From NCBI RefSeq assembly GCF_009914755.1, contig NC_060934.1: a DNA stretch of 64,000 nucleotides. One strand, given 5' to 3'. The translations under genes were made by a program, and so were the position numbers. The notes under the pieces are model-generated. The model searched no databases, was not told where the DNA came from, and saw nothing but the letters and a program-made list of their open reading frames with translations. Origin of the DNA: the human T2T-CHM13v2.0 reference genome, Homo sapiens. Shown here piece after piece: positions 31,844 through 45,885 of this stretch; the first letter of the stretch is position 1, and each line of letters opens with the position of its first letter.

Positions 31844-34569
31844 ATGCCAGCATCATCCTCATACCAAAACCTGGCAGAGACACAACAAAAAAAGAAAACT
31901 TCAGGCCAATATCTTGGATGAACATAGATGCAAAAATCCCCAACAAAATACTTGCAGACCAAATCCAGCAGCACATCAAAAAGCTAATACACCACAATCA
32001 AGTAAGTAAGTAGGCTTCATCCCCAGGATGCAAGATTGGTTTGACACAAGCAAATCAATAAATGTGATTCATCACAAAAACAGAACTAAAGACAGAAACA
32101 ACATGATTATCTCAATAGGTGCAGAAAAGGCTTTCTATAATTAAAAACTATAACTTAGGTATTAAAGGAACATACCTCAAAATAATAAGAGCCATATATG
32201 ACAAACCCACAGCCAATAACATACTGAACAGACAATACCTGGAATCATTCCCCTTGAAAACTGGCACAAGACAAGGATGCCCTCTCTCACCAGTCTTATT
32301 CAACATAGTATTAGAAGTCCTAGCCAGAGCAATCAGGCAAGAGAAAGAAATAAAGAGCATCCAAATAGGAAGAGAGGAAGTCAAACTATCCCTCTTTCCA
32401 GAAGACATGATCCTATATGTAGAAAATCCTATAGTCTGAGTCCAAAGGCTCCTTCAACTTTTAAACAGCTTCAGCAAAGTTGTCAGATACAAAATCACTG
32501 TACAAAAGTTACTAGTGTTCCTATGCACCAACAATAGCCAAGCTGAAAGCCAAATCAGAAAGGCAATCCCATTCACAATTGCTACAAAAAGAATAAAATA
32601 CCTTAGAATACAGCTAACCAGGGAGGTGAAAGATCTCTATAATGAGAATTACAAACCACTGCTCAAAGAGAAGACACAGACAAATGGAAAAACATCCAGA
32701 CTCATGGATAGGAACTGTCAGTATCATTAAAATTGCTATACTGCCCAAAGCAATTTACAGATTCAATGCTATTCCCATAAAACTACCAGCAGCATTCTTC
32801 ACAGAACTAGAACAAAACTATTTTAAACTTCATATGGAACCCAAATAGAGCCTGAATAGCCAAGGCAATTTGAAGCAAAAAGAATAAAGCTGGAGGCTTC
32901 ACGTTACCCAGCTTCAAACTATATTACAGGGCTACAGTAACCAAAACAGCATGATACTGGTACAAAAACAGGCACATAGACCAATGGAACAAAGTGGAGA
33001 GCCAGGAATTAGGCTACACACCTATAACCATCTGATCTTCAATAAAGCTCACAAAAACAAGCAATGAAGACTCCCTTTTCAATCAGTGGTGCTGGGATAA
33101 CTGGCTATCCATATGCAGAAGATTGAAGCTGGACCCCTTCCTTACACCATATACAAAAGTTAACTCAAGATGGATTAAAAACTTAAATGTAAAACACAAA
33201 ACTATAAAAATCCTGGAAGACAAACTAGGCAATGCCATCCTGGACAAAGGAACTGGCAAAGATTTCATGACAAAGACACCAAAAGCAATTGCAACAAAAG
33301 CAAAAATTGACAAGTTGGATCTAATTAAAGAGCTTCTGCACAACAAAGAAACTATCAACAGAAACTATCAACTATCCTGTAGAATGGGAGAAAATATTTG
33401 CAAACTATGCGTCTATCAAAGATCTAATATCCAGCATATATATGGAACTTAAATTTTCAAGAAAGAAACAAGCAACCTCATTAAAAAGTGGGCAAAGGAC
33501 ATGAACAGAAACTTTCAAAAAAAGACATACATGTGGCCAAGAAGCATATGAAACAAAGCTCAGTATCGTTGATTGTAGAGAAATGCAAATCAAAACCACA
33601 TTGAGATACCATCTCATGCCAGTCAGAATGGATATTATTAAAAAGTAAAAAAATAACAGATGCTGGTGAGGTTGTGGAGAAAAGGGAGCACTCATACACT
33701 GTTGGTGGGAGTGTAAATTAGTTCACCCATTGTGGAAAGCAGTATGGCAATTCCTCAAAGAGCCAAAAGCAGAACTACCATTCAACCCAGCATTCCCATT
33801 ACTTGGAATATACCCAGAGGAGTATAAATCATTCTACCATAAAGACACGTGCACACAAATGTCCACTGCAGCACTGTTCACAATAGCAAAAACATGGAAT
33901 CAACCCAAATGCCCATCAGTGACAGATCAGATAAAGAAAATGTGGTATGCATAAACCATGGAATACTATGTAGCCATAAAAAATGAGATCATATATTTTG
34001 TGGGAATATGGATAGGGCTAGAGACTATTATCCTTAGCAAACCAATGCAGGTACAGAAAACCAAATACTGCATGTTCTCACTTACAAGTGGTAGCTAAAT
34101 GATGAGAACTAAAGAACACAAAGAAGGATACAACAGACACGGGGGTCTACTTGAGTGTGGAGAATGGGAAGCGGGAGAGACAGCTATTGGATACTGGGTT
34201 TAATACCTGGGTGATGAAAAAATCTGTATGACAAATCCCTGTGACCTAAGTTTACCTATGTAATAAATCTTCACATATACTTCTGAACCTAAAATTAAAG
34301 TTTTTTAAAATCAATATTTATTGTGGAGGGGTTTTCAACTTTATTAATTTTTTCCTTTATGATTGAGATCTTAATGACATGCTTTTTTAAGGTCATAACA
34401 GATGCTCTCTTGTATTTTTGAAAAGCTATAAAGTTTTGCTTTTAATATTTAGGTCTTTAATTAGCTGAAATTGATTTTTATGTTTGATATAGGATATAAA
34501 TCCATACTGTAGTTTTTCTTTTTTATTGTTTGTTCCTGTGCCATTTATTGCAGTCTCCCTTTCACCACA

Positions 34570-37335
34570 GATTTTTCTAAAGTACTTTATTGAGATACAA
34601 TTGGCATAGAAAAACTGTACACAATAAATATCCACAATTTGATAAATTAGGAAATAATTATACATCTATGAAACCATCAGCACAATCAAGACTATAAATA
34701 TATCCATCCAACACCTTAAGTTATTTAATTAATTTTCTTAAAACTTAATATAAGACCTAACTTGTTAGCAAATTTTAAAAATATACAATACAGTATTGTT
34801 AACTATAAGTACTATCCTGTATAGTAGATCATCAGAGCTTAATCATTTTGCATAACTGAAGCTTTGTACCCTTTGAGTAACCCTTCCCCTTTTCTTTCTC
34901 CCTATCCCAGCACCTGGTAACCACCTTTCTATTCTCTGCATGTATGAATTTGATTATTTTAGATTTCTTATAAATGTGGGATAATACAATATTTGTTCTT
35001 CTGGTCAGGCTTATTTCACTTAGCATCATGTTCTCCAGGTCTATCTATGTTGTTGCAAATGGCAGAATTTCCATCCTTTTTAATGCTGAACAATATTTAA
35101 TTGTATGTATATACTACAGTTTCTTTATCTGTCATCTGTCAACAAACACTAAGGTTGCTTCCATGTCTTGTCTATTGAGAATAATGCTATAAGGAACATA
35201 GAAGTCTAGATATCACTTTGAGATCCTGAGTTTAGTTTCTTTTGATCTGTATATACCTAAAAGTGGGATTGCTGGAACAGATGGTAGTTCTATTTTTAAT
35301 TTTTTGAGAAGACACCGTACTGTTTTTCATAATGGCAGCACCAATTTGCATTCCCATAAACAGTATACAAGAGTTTTTTAGAGAAATGTCTATTCAGTCT
35401 CTTTGCCCAGTTTTAATTGGGTTGTTTACCTGATATATAGTTGTTTGATTTCCTTTTATGTTTTGGATATTTACCCCTTGTCCAATGTATGATTTGCAAA
35501 TATTTTCTCTCATTTTGTACCATTTTCTTTTGTTGATTGTTGCCTTTGCTGTTTGATGTAATTTCAACTTTTTAGTTTGATGTAATTTCAGTTGTCAATG
35601 TTTGCTTTTGTTGCCTGTGCTTTTGGTAGTATGTTCAAGAAATCATTGTGTACTATGCAGCCATAAAAAATGATGAGTTCATGTCCTTTGTAGGGACATG
35701 GATGAAATTGGAAATCATCATTCTCAGTAAACTATCGCGAGGACAAAAAACCAAACACTGCATGTTCTCACTCATAGGTGGGAATTGAACAATGAGAACA
35801 CATGGACACAGGAAGGGGAACATCACACTCTGGGGACTGTTGTGGGGTTGGGGGAGGGGGGAGGGATAGCATTAGGAGATATACCTAATGCTAAATGATG
35901 AGTTAATGGGTGCAGCACACCAGCATGGCACATGTATACATATGTAACTAACCTGCACATTGTGCACATGTACCCTAAAACTTAAAGTATAATAATAATA
36001 AAAAAGAAAAAAAAAGAAATCCATTGTGAAGTTCTCTGTTGATAAGCATTTCTTCTGTTTCCTTATAAGAGTTTGATGGTTTCAGGTTTTACATGTAAGT
36101 CTTTAATCCACTTTGAATTGATTTCTGTGTATGGTATAAGGGTCTAATTTCATTCTTTTTCATGTGAATATGCAGTTTTCCCAACACCATTTAATGAAGA
36201 GACTATCCCTTCCCCATTGTGTTCTTGGCATCCTTGTTGAAGATCAGTTAACTCTACATGCATGGGTTTATTTCTGGGTTCTTTACCCCGTTACATTTAT
36301 CTATATATCTTTTTTCATGCCAGTACCAAACTATTTTGATTATTATAGCCTTGTAATATATTTTGAAATCAGGGGTATGATACCTCCAGCCTTTTTTCTT
36401 CTTGGTCAGAATCGTTTTGACTATTTGGGTTATTTGGTGGTTCCATATGAATTTTAGGAGTTTTTTCTTTCTATTTATGTAAAAAAAGGCACTGAGATTT
36501 TGACAGGATTTGCAATGAATCTGTAGATCACTTTTAGTAGCATGGACATTTTAACCATATTAATTTTTCCAATCCATGAATATGGGATGTCATATTATTT
36601 ATTTGTGTTTAATTTCTTTTGTCAATGTTTTATAGTTTTTAATGTTCAAGTCTTTATTCTCTTTGGTTAAGTTTATTTATAAGTATTTTATTTCTTTTGA
36701 TGCCATTGTAAGAATGTTTTCTTTAATTTCTTTTTCAGATAGTTCATTGCTAGTGTATAGCAATGCAACAGATTTTTGTATGTTGATTTTGTATCCTGCA
36801 ACACTGTTGAATTTATTTGTTCTAACAGATTTTTGTGTTTGTGTGTGTGTATGTGTGGAGCCTTTAGTATTTTATCTACATAATATATCATCAGCAAACA
36901 GAGATTACTTTTTCTTTCTGATTTAGATACCTTTTCTTTTTCTTGCCTAATTGCTCTGGACCTTACTTCCAATACTGTCTTGAATAGAAATGGTGAGAGT
37001 GGACATCCCTTCCTTGTTCTGGAACATAGAAGGAATACTTACAGCTTTTTATCATTGCATATGGTATTAGCTGTGGGCTATTCACATATGATCTCTGTTG
37101 TGTTAATTTTCTCCTATACCTAGTTGTTCAGTATTTTTTATCATGAAAGGGTGTTGAACTTTGCCAGATGTTTTTCTGCATCTATTGATGATAACATAAT
37201 TTTTATCCTTCATTCTGTTAATGTAGTGTATCACATTTATTGATTTGTATATGTTGAACCATCCTTGTATCTCAGAGATAAAGCCTACTTGATCATGGGG
37301 TGTGGTCCTTTTAATGTGTTGTTGAACTTGGCTTG
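34570..37335 (-). mobile_element. Antisense L1MA/L1MB-type element (3'UTR plus ORF2), interrupted by a young L1PA
   Basis: atacagtattgttaactataag; minus-strand peptides RAIRQEKEK and [25 protein letters not shown]. Confidence 0.87.
35651..36013 (+). mobile_element. Young L1PA (about PA2-PA4) 3' end, 5'-truncated, with TSD
   Basis: Near-consensus 3'UTR with G-tract ggggttgggggaggggggaggg and A-tail; TSD aagaaatcattgtg (35637-35650) / aagaaatccattgtg (36014-36028). Confidence 0.93.
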
Positions 37336-37337
37336 GT

Positions 37338-38690
37338 AGACCAATGGAACAGAACAGAGGCCTCAGAAATAATACCACACGTCTACAACCATCTGATCTT
37401 TGACAAACCTGACAGAAACAAGCAATGAGGAAAGGATTCCCTATGTAATAAATGGTGTTGGGGAAACTGGCTAGCCATATGCAGAAAACTGAAACTGGAC
37501 CCCTTCCTTACACCTTATGCAAAAATTAACTCAAGAAGGATTAAATATTTAAAGTAAGACCTATAACCATAAAATCCCTAGAAGAAAACCTAGGCAATAC
37601 CATTCAGGACATAGGCATGGGCAACGAGTTCATGACTAAAACACCAAAAGCAATTGCAACAAAAGCCAAAATTGACTAATGGGATCTAATTAAACCAAAG
37701 AGCTTCTGCACAGCAAAAGAAACTATCACCAGAGTGAACAGGCAGCCTACAGAATGGGAGAAAATTTTTGCAATCTATCCATCTGACAAAGGGCTAATAT
37801 CCAGAATCTACAAGGAATTTAAACAAATTTACAAGAAAAAATCAAACAACCCCATCAAAAAGTGGGCAAAGGATATGAACAGACACTTCTCACAGAAGAT
37901 GTTTCTGTGGCCAACAAAAATATGAAAAAAAGCTCATCATCACTGGTGATTAGAGAAATGCAAATCAAAACCACAATGAGACACCATCTCACACCAGTTA
38001 GAATGATGATCATTAAAAAGTCAGGAAACAACAGATGCTGGAGAGGATGTGGAGAAATAGGAATGCTTTTGCATTGTTGGTGGGAGTGTAAATTAGTTCA
38101 ACCATTGTGAAAGACAGTGTGGCAATTCCTCAAGGATCTAAATCTAGAAATACCATTTGACCTAGCAATCCCATTACTGGGTATATAACCTCAAAAGTAT
38201 AAATCATACTACTATAAAGACACATGCACACATGTGTTTATTGCAGCATTATTCACAATAGCAAAGGCTTGGAACCAACCCAAATTCCCATTATGTTAGA
38301 CTGGACAAAGAAGATGTGGCACATATACACCATGGAATATTATGCAGCCATAATAAAGAATGAGTTCATGCCCTTTGCAGGTACATGGATGAAGCTGGAA
38401 ACCATCATTCTTAGCAAACTAACACAAGAACAGAAAACCAAACACCGCATGTTCTCACTCATAAGTGGGAGTTGAACAATGAGAACATATGGGCACAGGG
38501 AGGGGAACATCACACACCAGGGCCTGTCATGGGGTGACGGGTAAGGTGAAGAATAGCGTTAGGAGAAATACCTAATACAGATGACAGGTTGATGGATGCA
38601 GCAAACTACCATGGCACATGTATACCTATGTTACAAACCTGCACATTCTGTACATGTATCCCAGAACTTAAAGTATAATAATAAAAAAAT
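37338..38690 (+). mobile_element. L1PA (about PA7-PA8) 3' 1.35 kb
   Basis: Peptides [27 protein letters not shown] and WMKLETIILSKLTQEQKTKHRMFSLISGS; ends ccagaacttaaagtataataataaaaaaa. Confidence 0.92.
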
Positions 38691-38897
38691 AAATTTTTGA
38701 ATAGTAATATATGTAATACTCTCTAATGAATATATTCTCAACTTCGTTGCCCTGTCTTTACTTCATCCTCTATCCACAGACAAAACTCTAATACAGTATC
38801 AACTAATTTCTAAGCTTTTTTTGAACACTCTGCTGTAGAAAAACATACGAATATACTGATCAGTCTCACTTCAGATGCATGCTCACCAATCTCATAC

Positions 38898-39571
38898 TGT
38901 TTCAGCTTCTTCATTCCTGTAGTTCAGCAAGTGGGAGGGAGTGGCATCCAGTGGCTTTTTTGCTCCCGTTGTTCGGTGAGCAGGAAGGAATGGTGTGCAA
39001 TGACTTTTTTGCTCCCATTGTTCAGCAAGTGGAATGAAGTGTTACAGCTCTTTTGTTCCTACCATCTGCAGCTTGGTGAATGGGAGGGTTACAGGTCTTT
39101 TGTTTCCACCACCCACAGCTTAGTGAGTTCTGAGTTCTTTTCTCGTGACCATGAGGAATAAGGTACGTGGACACCGGAGAGTGAGTAAGGCAGAAAATAA
39201 TTTTGTTGAGCAACAGAAGGAAAGCTCTCAAGCTCTCAGTGGAGAGAGGGACCCTGAAAGTGGGTAGCCCTCTGTGAGGCTGAGTCTGGGGTTTTTATGG
39301 GCTTAAAATGGGGGCAGGCTGGTACTTGCTAATTGGTCCATAGGTGGTCTTGGAAAAAGCAGCATTCAATTAGTTAAAAGGCATCATACACCAGGAACCA
39401 ATCGAGAGAGTGGGTGGGTTGGCGATAGAAGTTCTCACTCTGGTTGTGGACTCTATCCAGAACTGGCAGTTCAATTTTTCAGGCTTTAGGCTGTCTTTGG
39501 CTTGAAGGTTGGCTTTCACCGGGGACCTGTCCCTGTCCACCTAGGAATTTGTCTGTCTCCTGTCACTACAA
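38898..39571 (-). mobile_element. ERV1-class solo LTR, antisense, with 4-bp TSD atac
   Basis: Sharp GC-richer block; TSD atac at 38894-38897 and 39572-39575; the minus-strand start gacaggagacagacaaattcctagg resembles the LTR1/27/28 group. Exact family uncertain. Confidence 0.75.
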
Positions 39572-40942
39572 ATACTATATTTCCTCAGTCTATTTACTTT
39601 CCCTCTTTTTAATGACTATTTTAGATCTTTTCTCTGCCCGCACATTTCCCAACCCCTCATCCTCCATTCTCTTTCTCAGCTGATGGCCTTTCTGATTTTA
39701 TTGAGAAAATGGAAGCAATATAAAGGGAGCTTCCAAATGATCCCGCCACCACATGTCCCTCCCTGCTCTCTGTTCAGTATGATCTCCTCCCTGCATGTTG
39801 TGTATATTCAGTCTTTATGTTTTTTTCACAAGATCTCATCACCTTTTACCTACCTCAGGGAATAGTTCCAAATTCCTCCTCCCTCTCCTCTCTTTGCAAT
39901 TTTTCCTTTTCTAATAATTTTTTTCCAATTGGCATAAAATGTGTTATTTCCCCAATCTAAAACTGAAGTTTTCTTATGTGTCTTGATCATACTTATTCTT
40001 CATGCTAATTTTTCATTTCTCTGTATTTATCAATAAAGCAATAAATTATTTGAATTGATTTATAGTCAATCATGTTGTAATTTCTTTATACCATAATAGA
40101 GTAGTTCATTAATGCAGCATAAAAATTTATTTTCAAGTTATGTACATTTATGGATAAACTAGAGACATGTTTTAAATTTTAAAGTTTTATATCCTGTACC
40201 CTACTTAGCTAAGAAGTTCAGAGCATATTTCAGCATTAAGTTACATGTTTAAGTGCCAGGTAAATTTTCCATTCATAACCAAACACACCATCATGATTTT
40301 TGAAATTCTGAGGAGAAATATATCTCCTAGTTAAGTGGAAAATTGTGCAGTTGGTTTCTGGAGTACTTTCATTCTAAGCAGCTTTAAAAGGAAACATTTT
40401 GTGTAGAAGTCTAAATTTTCTTTCTTTATAGTAGTGCACATTCATTCATTGGTATTCTTATTAGACACTTGAATTGATTAATACTCCTACTAATTTTGTT
40501 CTAGATCTCAGCTTTGTATTTTTAGCCTGATTGACATTAGGATTGATCATTACCATACACAAGATACTTCATACTGATCTAGTATTTTCAACTCTATTAA
40601 ATATAAGAAGAGAGAAAATCATGCTTGAATGCCTGGCCAAGAATGTGGTTGGGCATATTTGTGGCAGATGCTGGAGTCCATATAGACAGAAAAATGTCTG
40701 TAGGTCTGGGGCATTACAGCCTTTACTCAGGACTGTCCAGGGTCTGAAGTCTCCCAGTTCCTACCTCCAAAAGGGCATTTATTTCCTGGCTTATTAATGC
40801 TTAGTTGCAGTCTTGAAAAAAGAAAGATGCTTGAGCAGACAAATTTGTGGAAATAGTTTTGAAGTGCTTGCTTTTCCTTCGTGATATTTTTTTCTTCATT
40901 CTAAATAGATATTCTCTTTCTCAAGACTGCAGCCCTACTTTT

Positions 40943-42009
40943 TGTTGTGGGAAGTCAGGGACCCCAAATGGAGGGACCGGCTGAAGCCATGGCAGAAGAA
41001 TATGGATTGTGAAGATTTAATGGACATTTATTAGTTCCCCAAATTAATACTTTTGTAATTTCTTATGCCTGTCTTTACTGCAATCTCTAAACATAAATTG
41101 TAAAGATTTCATGGACACTTATCACTTCCCCAGTCAATACCCTTGTGATTTCCTATGCTTGTCTTTGCTTTAATCTCTTAATCCTGTCAGCTGAGAAGGA
41201 TGTGTATCATCTCAGGACCCTGTAATAATTGCGTTAACTACACAAATTGTACAGCATGTGTGTTTGAGCAATATGAAATGTGGGCACCCTGAAAAAAGAA
41301 CAGAATAACAGCAATTGTTCAGGGAATACGAGAGATAACCTTAAACTCTGACCGCTAGTTAGCCGGGCAGAACAGAGCCATATTTCTCTTCTTTCAAAAG
41401 CAAATGGGAGAAATATCACTGAATTCTTTTTCTCAGCATGGAAAGTCCCTGAGAAAGAGAATGCGCACCTAGGGGTAGGTCTCTGAACTGGCCCTCCTGG
41501 GGCGTACCTGTCTCTTATGGTTGAGATTGCAGAGGTGAAATAAACTCCAGTCTCCCATAGCGCTCCCAGGCTTATTAGGAAGAGGAAATTCCCACCTAAT
41601 AAATTTTGGTCAGACTGGTTGATCTCACCCTGTCTCCTGATAAGATGTTATCAATGACAGTGGTGCCCAAAACTTCATTAGCAATTTTAATTTCGCCTTG
41701 GTCCTGTGGTCCTGTGATCTCGCCCTGCCTCCACTTGCCTTGTGATATTCTATTACGCTGTTAAGTACTTGATGTCTGTCACCCACACCTATTCGTATAC
41801 TCCCTCCCCTTTTGAAACTCCCTAATAAAAACTTGCTGGTTTTTGTGGCTCATGGGGCATCACGGATCCTACCAACGTGTGATGTCTCCCCCAGACACCC
41901 AGCTTTAAAATTTCTCTCTTTTGTACTCTGTCCCTTTATTTCTCAAGCCAGCCGACGCTTAGGAAAATAGAAAAGAACCTAAGTGATTATCGGGGCAGGT
42001 CCCCTGATA
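40943..42009 (+). mobile_element. MER11 (probably MER11C; HERV-K HML-8) full-length solo LTR
   Basis: tgttgtgggaagtcagggacccc...ccggctgaagccatggcagaagaa ... ggggcaggtcccctgata; 1067 bp; perfect 6-bp TSD actttt (40937-40942, 42010-42015); AATAAA at 41824-41829. Confidence 0.92.
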
Positions 42010-42019
42010 ACTTTTGAAT

Positions 42020-42930
42020 CTCACTCAGCTGCATTTGTCCAAGGTGATCACTACTCAGTCTTTTAAACATTGTATTTACTTGATGTCTATAGCACTAAAT
42101 TCTGGGTTTCTTTTTCTCTCCTGAGTAGCCATTTCTCAGTCTCCTTTGCCAGTTTCTCTTCAGGCTCTGATTATTTAACATTGGTCTGCCTCAGGGCTAA
42201 TCTCTTGGACCTCTTGTCTATCTACGAAGACAATTTCCTGCCTTCCTGGCTTTCAATCCTATGTAATTTCTGATAACTTACAAATTGTTATCTACTACGC
42301 ATGCTCCTGAGCTTGACTTAACATCTGGCTATTCAATAAATTTCTCTAACTTAATATCTTTAAAATTAAGCTCCTAATTATTTCCCCAAGTTCCATCGCA
42401 GTCAAACCTATTCTCCATTTAAGTTAATGGTGATTTTTGCTTGGTCTTAGGAAAAAATTAAAAAAAAAAATAAAACTTTGCCTTTCTTTCTTAAAAAGGC
42501 TGCATTCTTTTATAGCTAATCCTGTTTGCTGTACCTTCAAAATACATTCCCTGTATTTGACCACTTCCTGTGGCCTTCACTGCTGTTACCCTGGCCTCCA
42601 TTACCTCCTTGCCTGTATTACTGGCACAGGCTTTACGAGAATCACAGTTAAGGCTTGCTTTTGCTTTGAGGTTTCTGTACTTGTCCTCTCTGCCTGGAAT
42701 ATTTTTTTCTGGTAAACTCCATGGCTTATTCTCTTACTAGCTCAATTCTCTAAATGTTTCTTCTGAAAGCTGGAAGCATACTCCTACCTAACAGTATCTC
42801 CCTCCTCTTCACTGGTTTATTCTTCTCCAAAAGACTGATGTTCATTCAGTAGAGTATTACTTGCAAGAGGACAGAAATTTTTATTTTTTTATTGTATCTC
42901 TAGGGCCTAGAACACTGGCACATTGAATTT
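42020..42930 (+). mobile_element. L2 fragments
   Basis: ttctcagtctcctttgcc, tgtcctctctgcctggaat, tgtatctctagggcctagaaca. Confidence 0.55.
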
Positions 42931-43986
42931 TCCTCTGCAATTTTTTGGCAGTCAGATGAAAATTGGAACTATGACCTACTGCATAATTCTCATTATCAGA
43001 TATAAGGATACCTATAAATTCTTATACAAAATATTGCCTTACACTAAATTATACAATAAATATATAGGTTGAATCTTATAAAGTATACAAGTAAGCATAC
43101 GAATAATGCCTTAATAGTTTTAAAAATAAATTCAGTTAATGTAATTTAATCTGTATGTTCTATATTAATAATTTTTAATGGTTAAGGGTATAATATGAAA
43201 GGTATGTATCCAAAAGACAGAAGTAATCTATATTTATTTAAAATAATTGGAAATAATTTTTATAAAAGTAGCAGTTTAATGTTATTAGCAATACATCACC
43301 TTCATGTAATATGCATAGCCACTCATGACTTATGACATTTAAATGTTTCACCTTGGTTCCAGCATTATGTATGGACAAAATTAAAAATATCTTTTCCCAG
43401 AATTCCTTGTATCATTGTGAATAAAGGTCATATCTGTAAAATGATGTTTATCATAGAATCATTTTAAAATTACTAAAAGTAGAAGTGAACACAATGGAAA
43501 AACAAATAAATACATTATATGAGAAATATTATTTAGCTATCAAACTTCATGTTTTCAAAGAATTTTGAGTTTGTGAAAGTTACAAAGTTTTATGAAAATG
43601 TCTATCTTTACAGCTACAGAATTCTAACTGGAATAAAATGCACCAAAATGTTAACTGTATTTCCTTCTAGTTATAAAATTATAGATAATTTTTATTTTAT
43701 TCACTTACTTTTGTATAGTTTCCAGAATGTCTATAATGTTTTAACTTTGTAATAGCATCAGAAATAATAAATAAAATTTTTAAGGAATTAGTACTTCTTC
43801 CATAACTATGTTTTGCTTTTTGTTGATTGAGGACAAAGATTTGTATTTTGTTATACTTAAATATACCACTAGTATTTAACAATAATCATTTTTAATATCA
43901 GTGTACAATATATTGTAACCTAAATTTTGCTTTTTAGACAGTTTTTAAAGTACATATCAGGATTGTACTTTTTTTCCTCCCTACAG

Positions 43987-44081
43987 ACAGCCTTTTGATT
44001 GATTATCAATTTACCTTCAGCTTATTACAGGAAGATGATCGCCACCATACTGCCATAAACTTTATAGCAAACCCAGAACAG
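43987..44081 (+). CDS. ATRNL1: ATRNL1 internal coding exon (probably exon 22), 95 nt
   Basis: Acceptor tttttttcctccctacag|AC and donor CAG|gtgagg. Reads (Y)SLLIDYQFTFSLLQEDDRHHTAINFIANPEQ, phase 1 in and phase 0 out. Partly visible in ORF track entry 43995..44192. Confidence 0.96.
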
Positions 44082-44377
44082 GTGAGGAAAAATTGTTATC
44101 TTTTAAAGTATAATTATTGGACACAATTTTTTTTTCATATTTCATTTGATTTTACCTCTTCTCAGAATTATCACATTGTAGGGCCTTTGTAGAAACTACT
44201 AACCCTATTAATTTTTTCTCTCTTCGTGATTCAATAATTTGTGAATTTGATATTTCAGATTTTGCAAATAGCCCTATATTTTAAATTAAATATAATTTGT
44301 CACCTTATATATCTTGTGACAAAATTTATGCCTATAATTATACAAGCACGGACTGTTCTTATTTAAAAATAAAACTC

Positions 44378-44698
<321 letters not shown>

Positions 44699-45539
44699 CT
44701 ATATTAAATGTATTTTACTTTCCTTTATACCATTCCACAGTAATATGATTTGTCTTTTTTCTCAGTCAGTAGTTTATCTGAGTTATATGAATGATGGCTC
44801 CTTTAATGAAATTACCACATCACTGATATATTGTATAAGCTTTTGAAGTTTAAATATATGAAAGATTCATTGTGAATTTTAATTTCAATCCATCAATTCA
44901 GGTAAAGACTCTTAGGTTGTGTCGAAATAACACACATATTTTGCTATCCATCTGAGACTTTATTAATTTGAAAATCCTGAGAATGGAAATATCAACCATA
45001 GGGTTTATTCGGGTTGAATTTTAGTTCTTTTAAAACTAACACTCATACATTTGAAATGAAGTTATGTTAAATATATATATTATTATTATGAATTCATCCA
45101 TATTGTTAAATGATATGTTAAATCCATATCATATATTTAATGGTTTTTCAAGTAGGTGAAATGTCTAAATATATTAATACTATGACATTTTGCAACTTCT
45201 TTCCTTTTAACGTAGTTCACTGGACTTGCTGACAACTAATATAATTTCTTAAATTTTTCTTTTCCAGTAAAATAGCATTCTGTCTCCCCCATCACCAAAA
45301 AAAAGAACAGTTCATTTTACATTTTATGTTACTCTTTATTCCCTAGACTTTATGAATGACTGTATTCTTGGGGAATACATTTAAAGTTTTGACTTTTAAA
45401 TAATGATTTTAAAGATATTTTGTTTCAAATACAAGCCGTCCTTCACTGATTATCTGTTTCTACATAGATATATTAACAATCTCAGAAACTACATTTATCA
45501 ATGTGATAAAGTTTTTATACCTGCATTATAATTACCATT

Positions 45540-45885
45540 GACTTTTTATTGTAGTAAAATAGACATAAAATAACATTTATTTAAATAATTTTAGGTATGT
45601 AATTCAATGGCATTAAGTATATTTACAGTGTGGTGCAATCATCACCATCATCCACATTTTCATTATCCCTAACAGAAACTCTGTGATTATTAAACAATAA
45701 TGCCTCATTCCACACTTCTCTGCAGCCCCTGGTATCTTTATTCTACTCTCTGCCTGTATTAATTGGCTTACTCTAGGTACCTCATATAAATGTAATCATT
45801 TGTCCTTTTTTATCTGGCTTATTTCATTTAGCATAGTGTTTCCAAGGTTCATCCATGTTGTAGCATGTATCGGAGGTCATTCTTT
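45540..45885 (-). mobile_element. L1MB/ME-type 3' end
   Basis: aattcaatggcattaagtatatttacag...ggtacctcatataaatg...caaggttcatccatgttgtagcatg. Confidence 0.75.

Larger units (their letters stand above)
30272..34310 (+). mobile_element. 5'-truncated L1PA-type element (ORF2 plus 3'UTR), interrupted by MADE1, (CAA)n and an ERV1 LTR
   Basis: Peptides [20 protein letters not shown]-region [33 protein letters not shown]...[11 protein letters not shown], and [11 protein letters not shown]; 3'UTR end at about 34300. Confidence 0.92.

Noticed and set aside
30429-33954. Multiple ORFs resembling reverse transcriptase/endonuclease
   Set aside because: Fragmented L1 ORF2 with stops and frameshifts; the catalytic FADD motif is mutated to FPED. 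Not a functional gene.
37300-37380. Antisense L1 abutting sense L1, resembling a twin-priming inversion
   Set aside because: The two sides differ clearly in age and subfamily, and the antisense element has its own 3' end at about 34570, so these are independent insertions.
38900-39130. About five degenerate ~47-bp tandem units (cagctcttttgttcc...gggagggtta-like), superficially array-like
   Set aside because: They lie inside a TSD-bounded ERV LTR, are diverged, and have no unique spacers. This is an LTR-internal repeat, not CRISPR.
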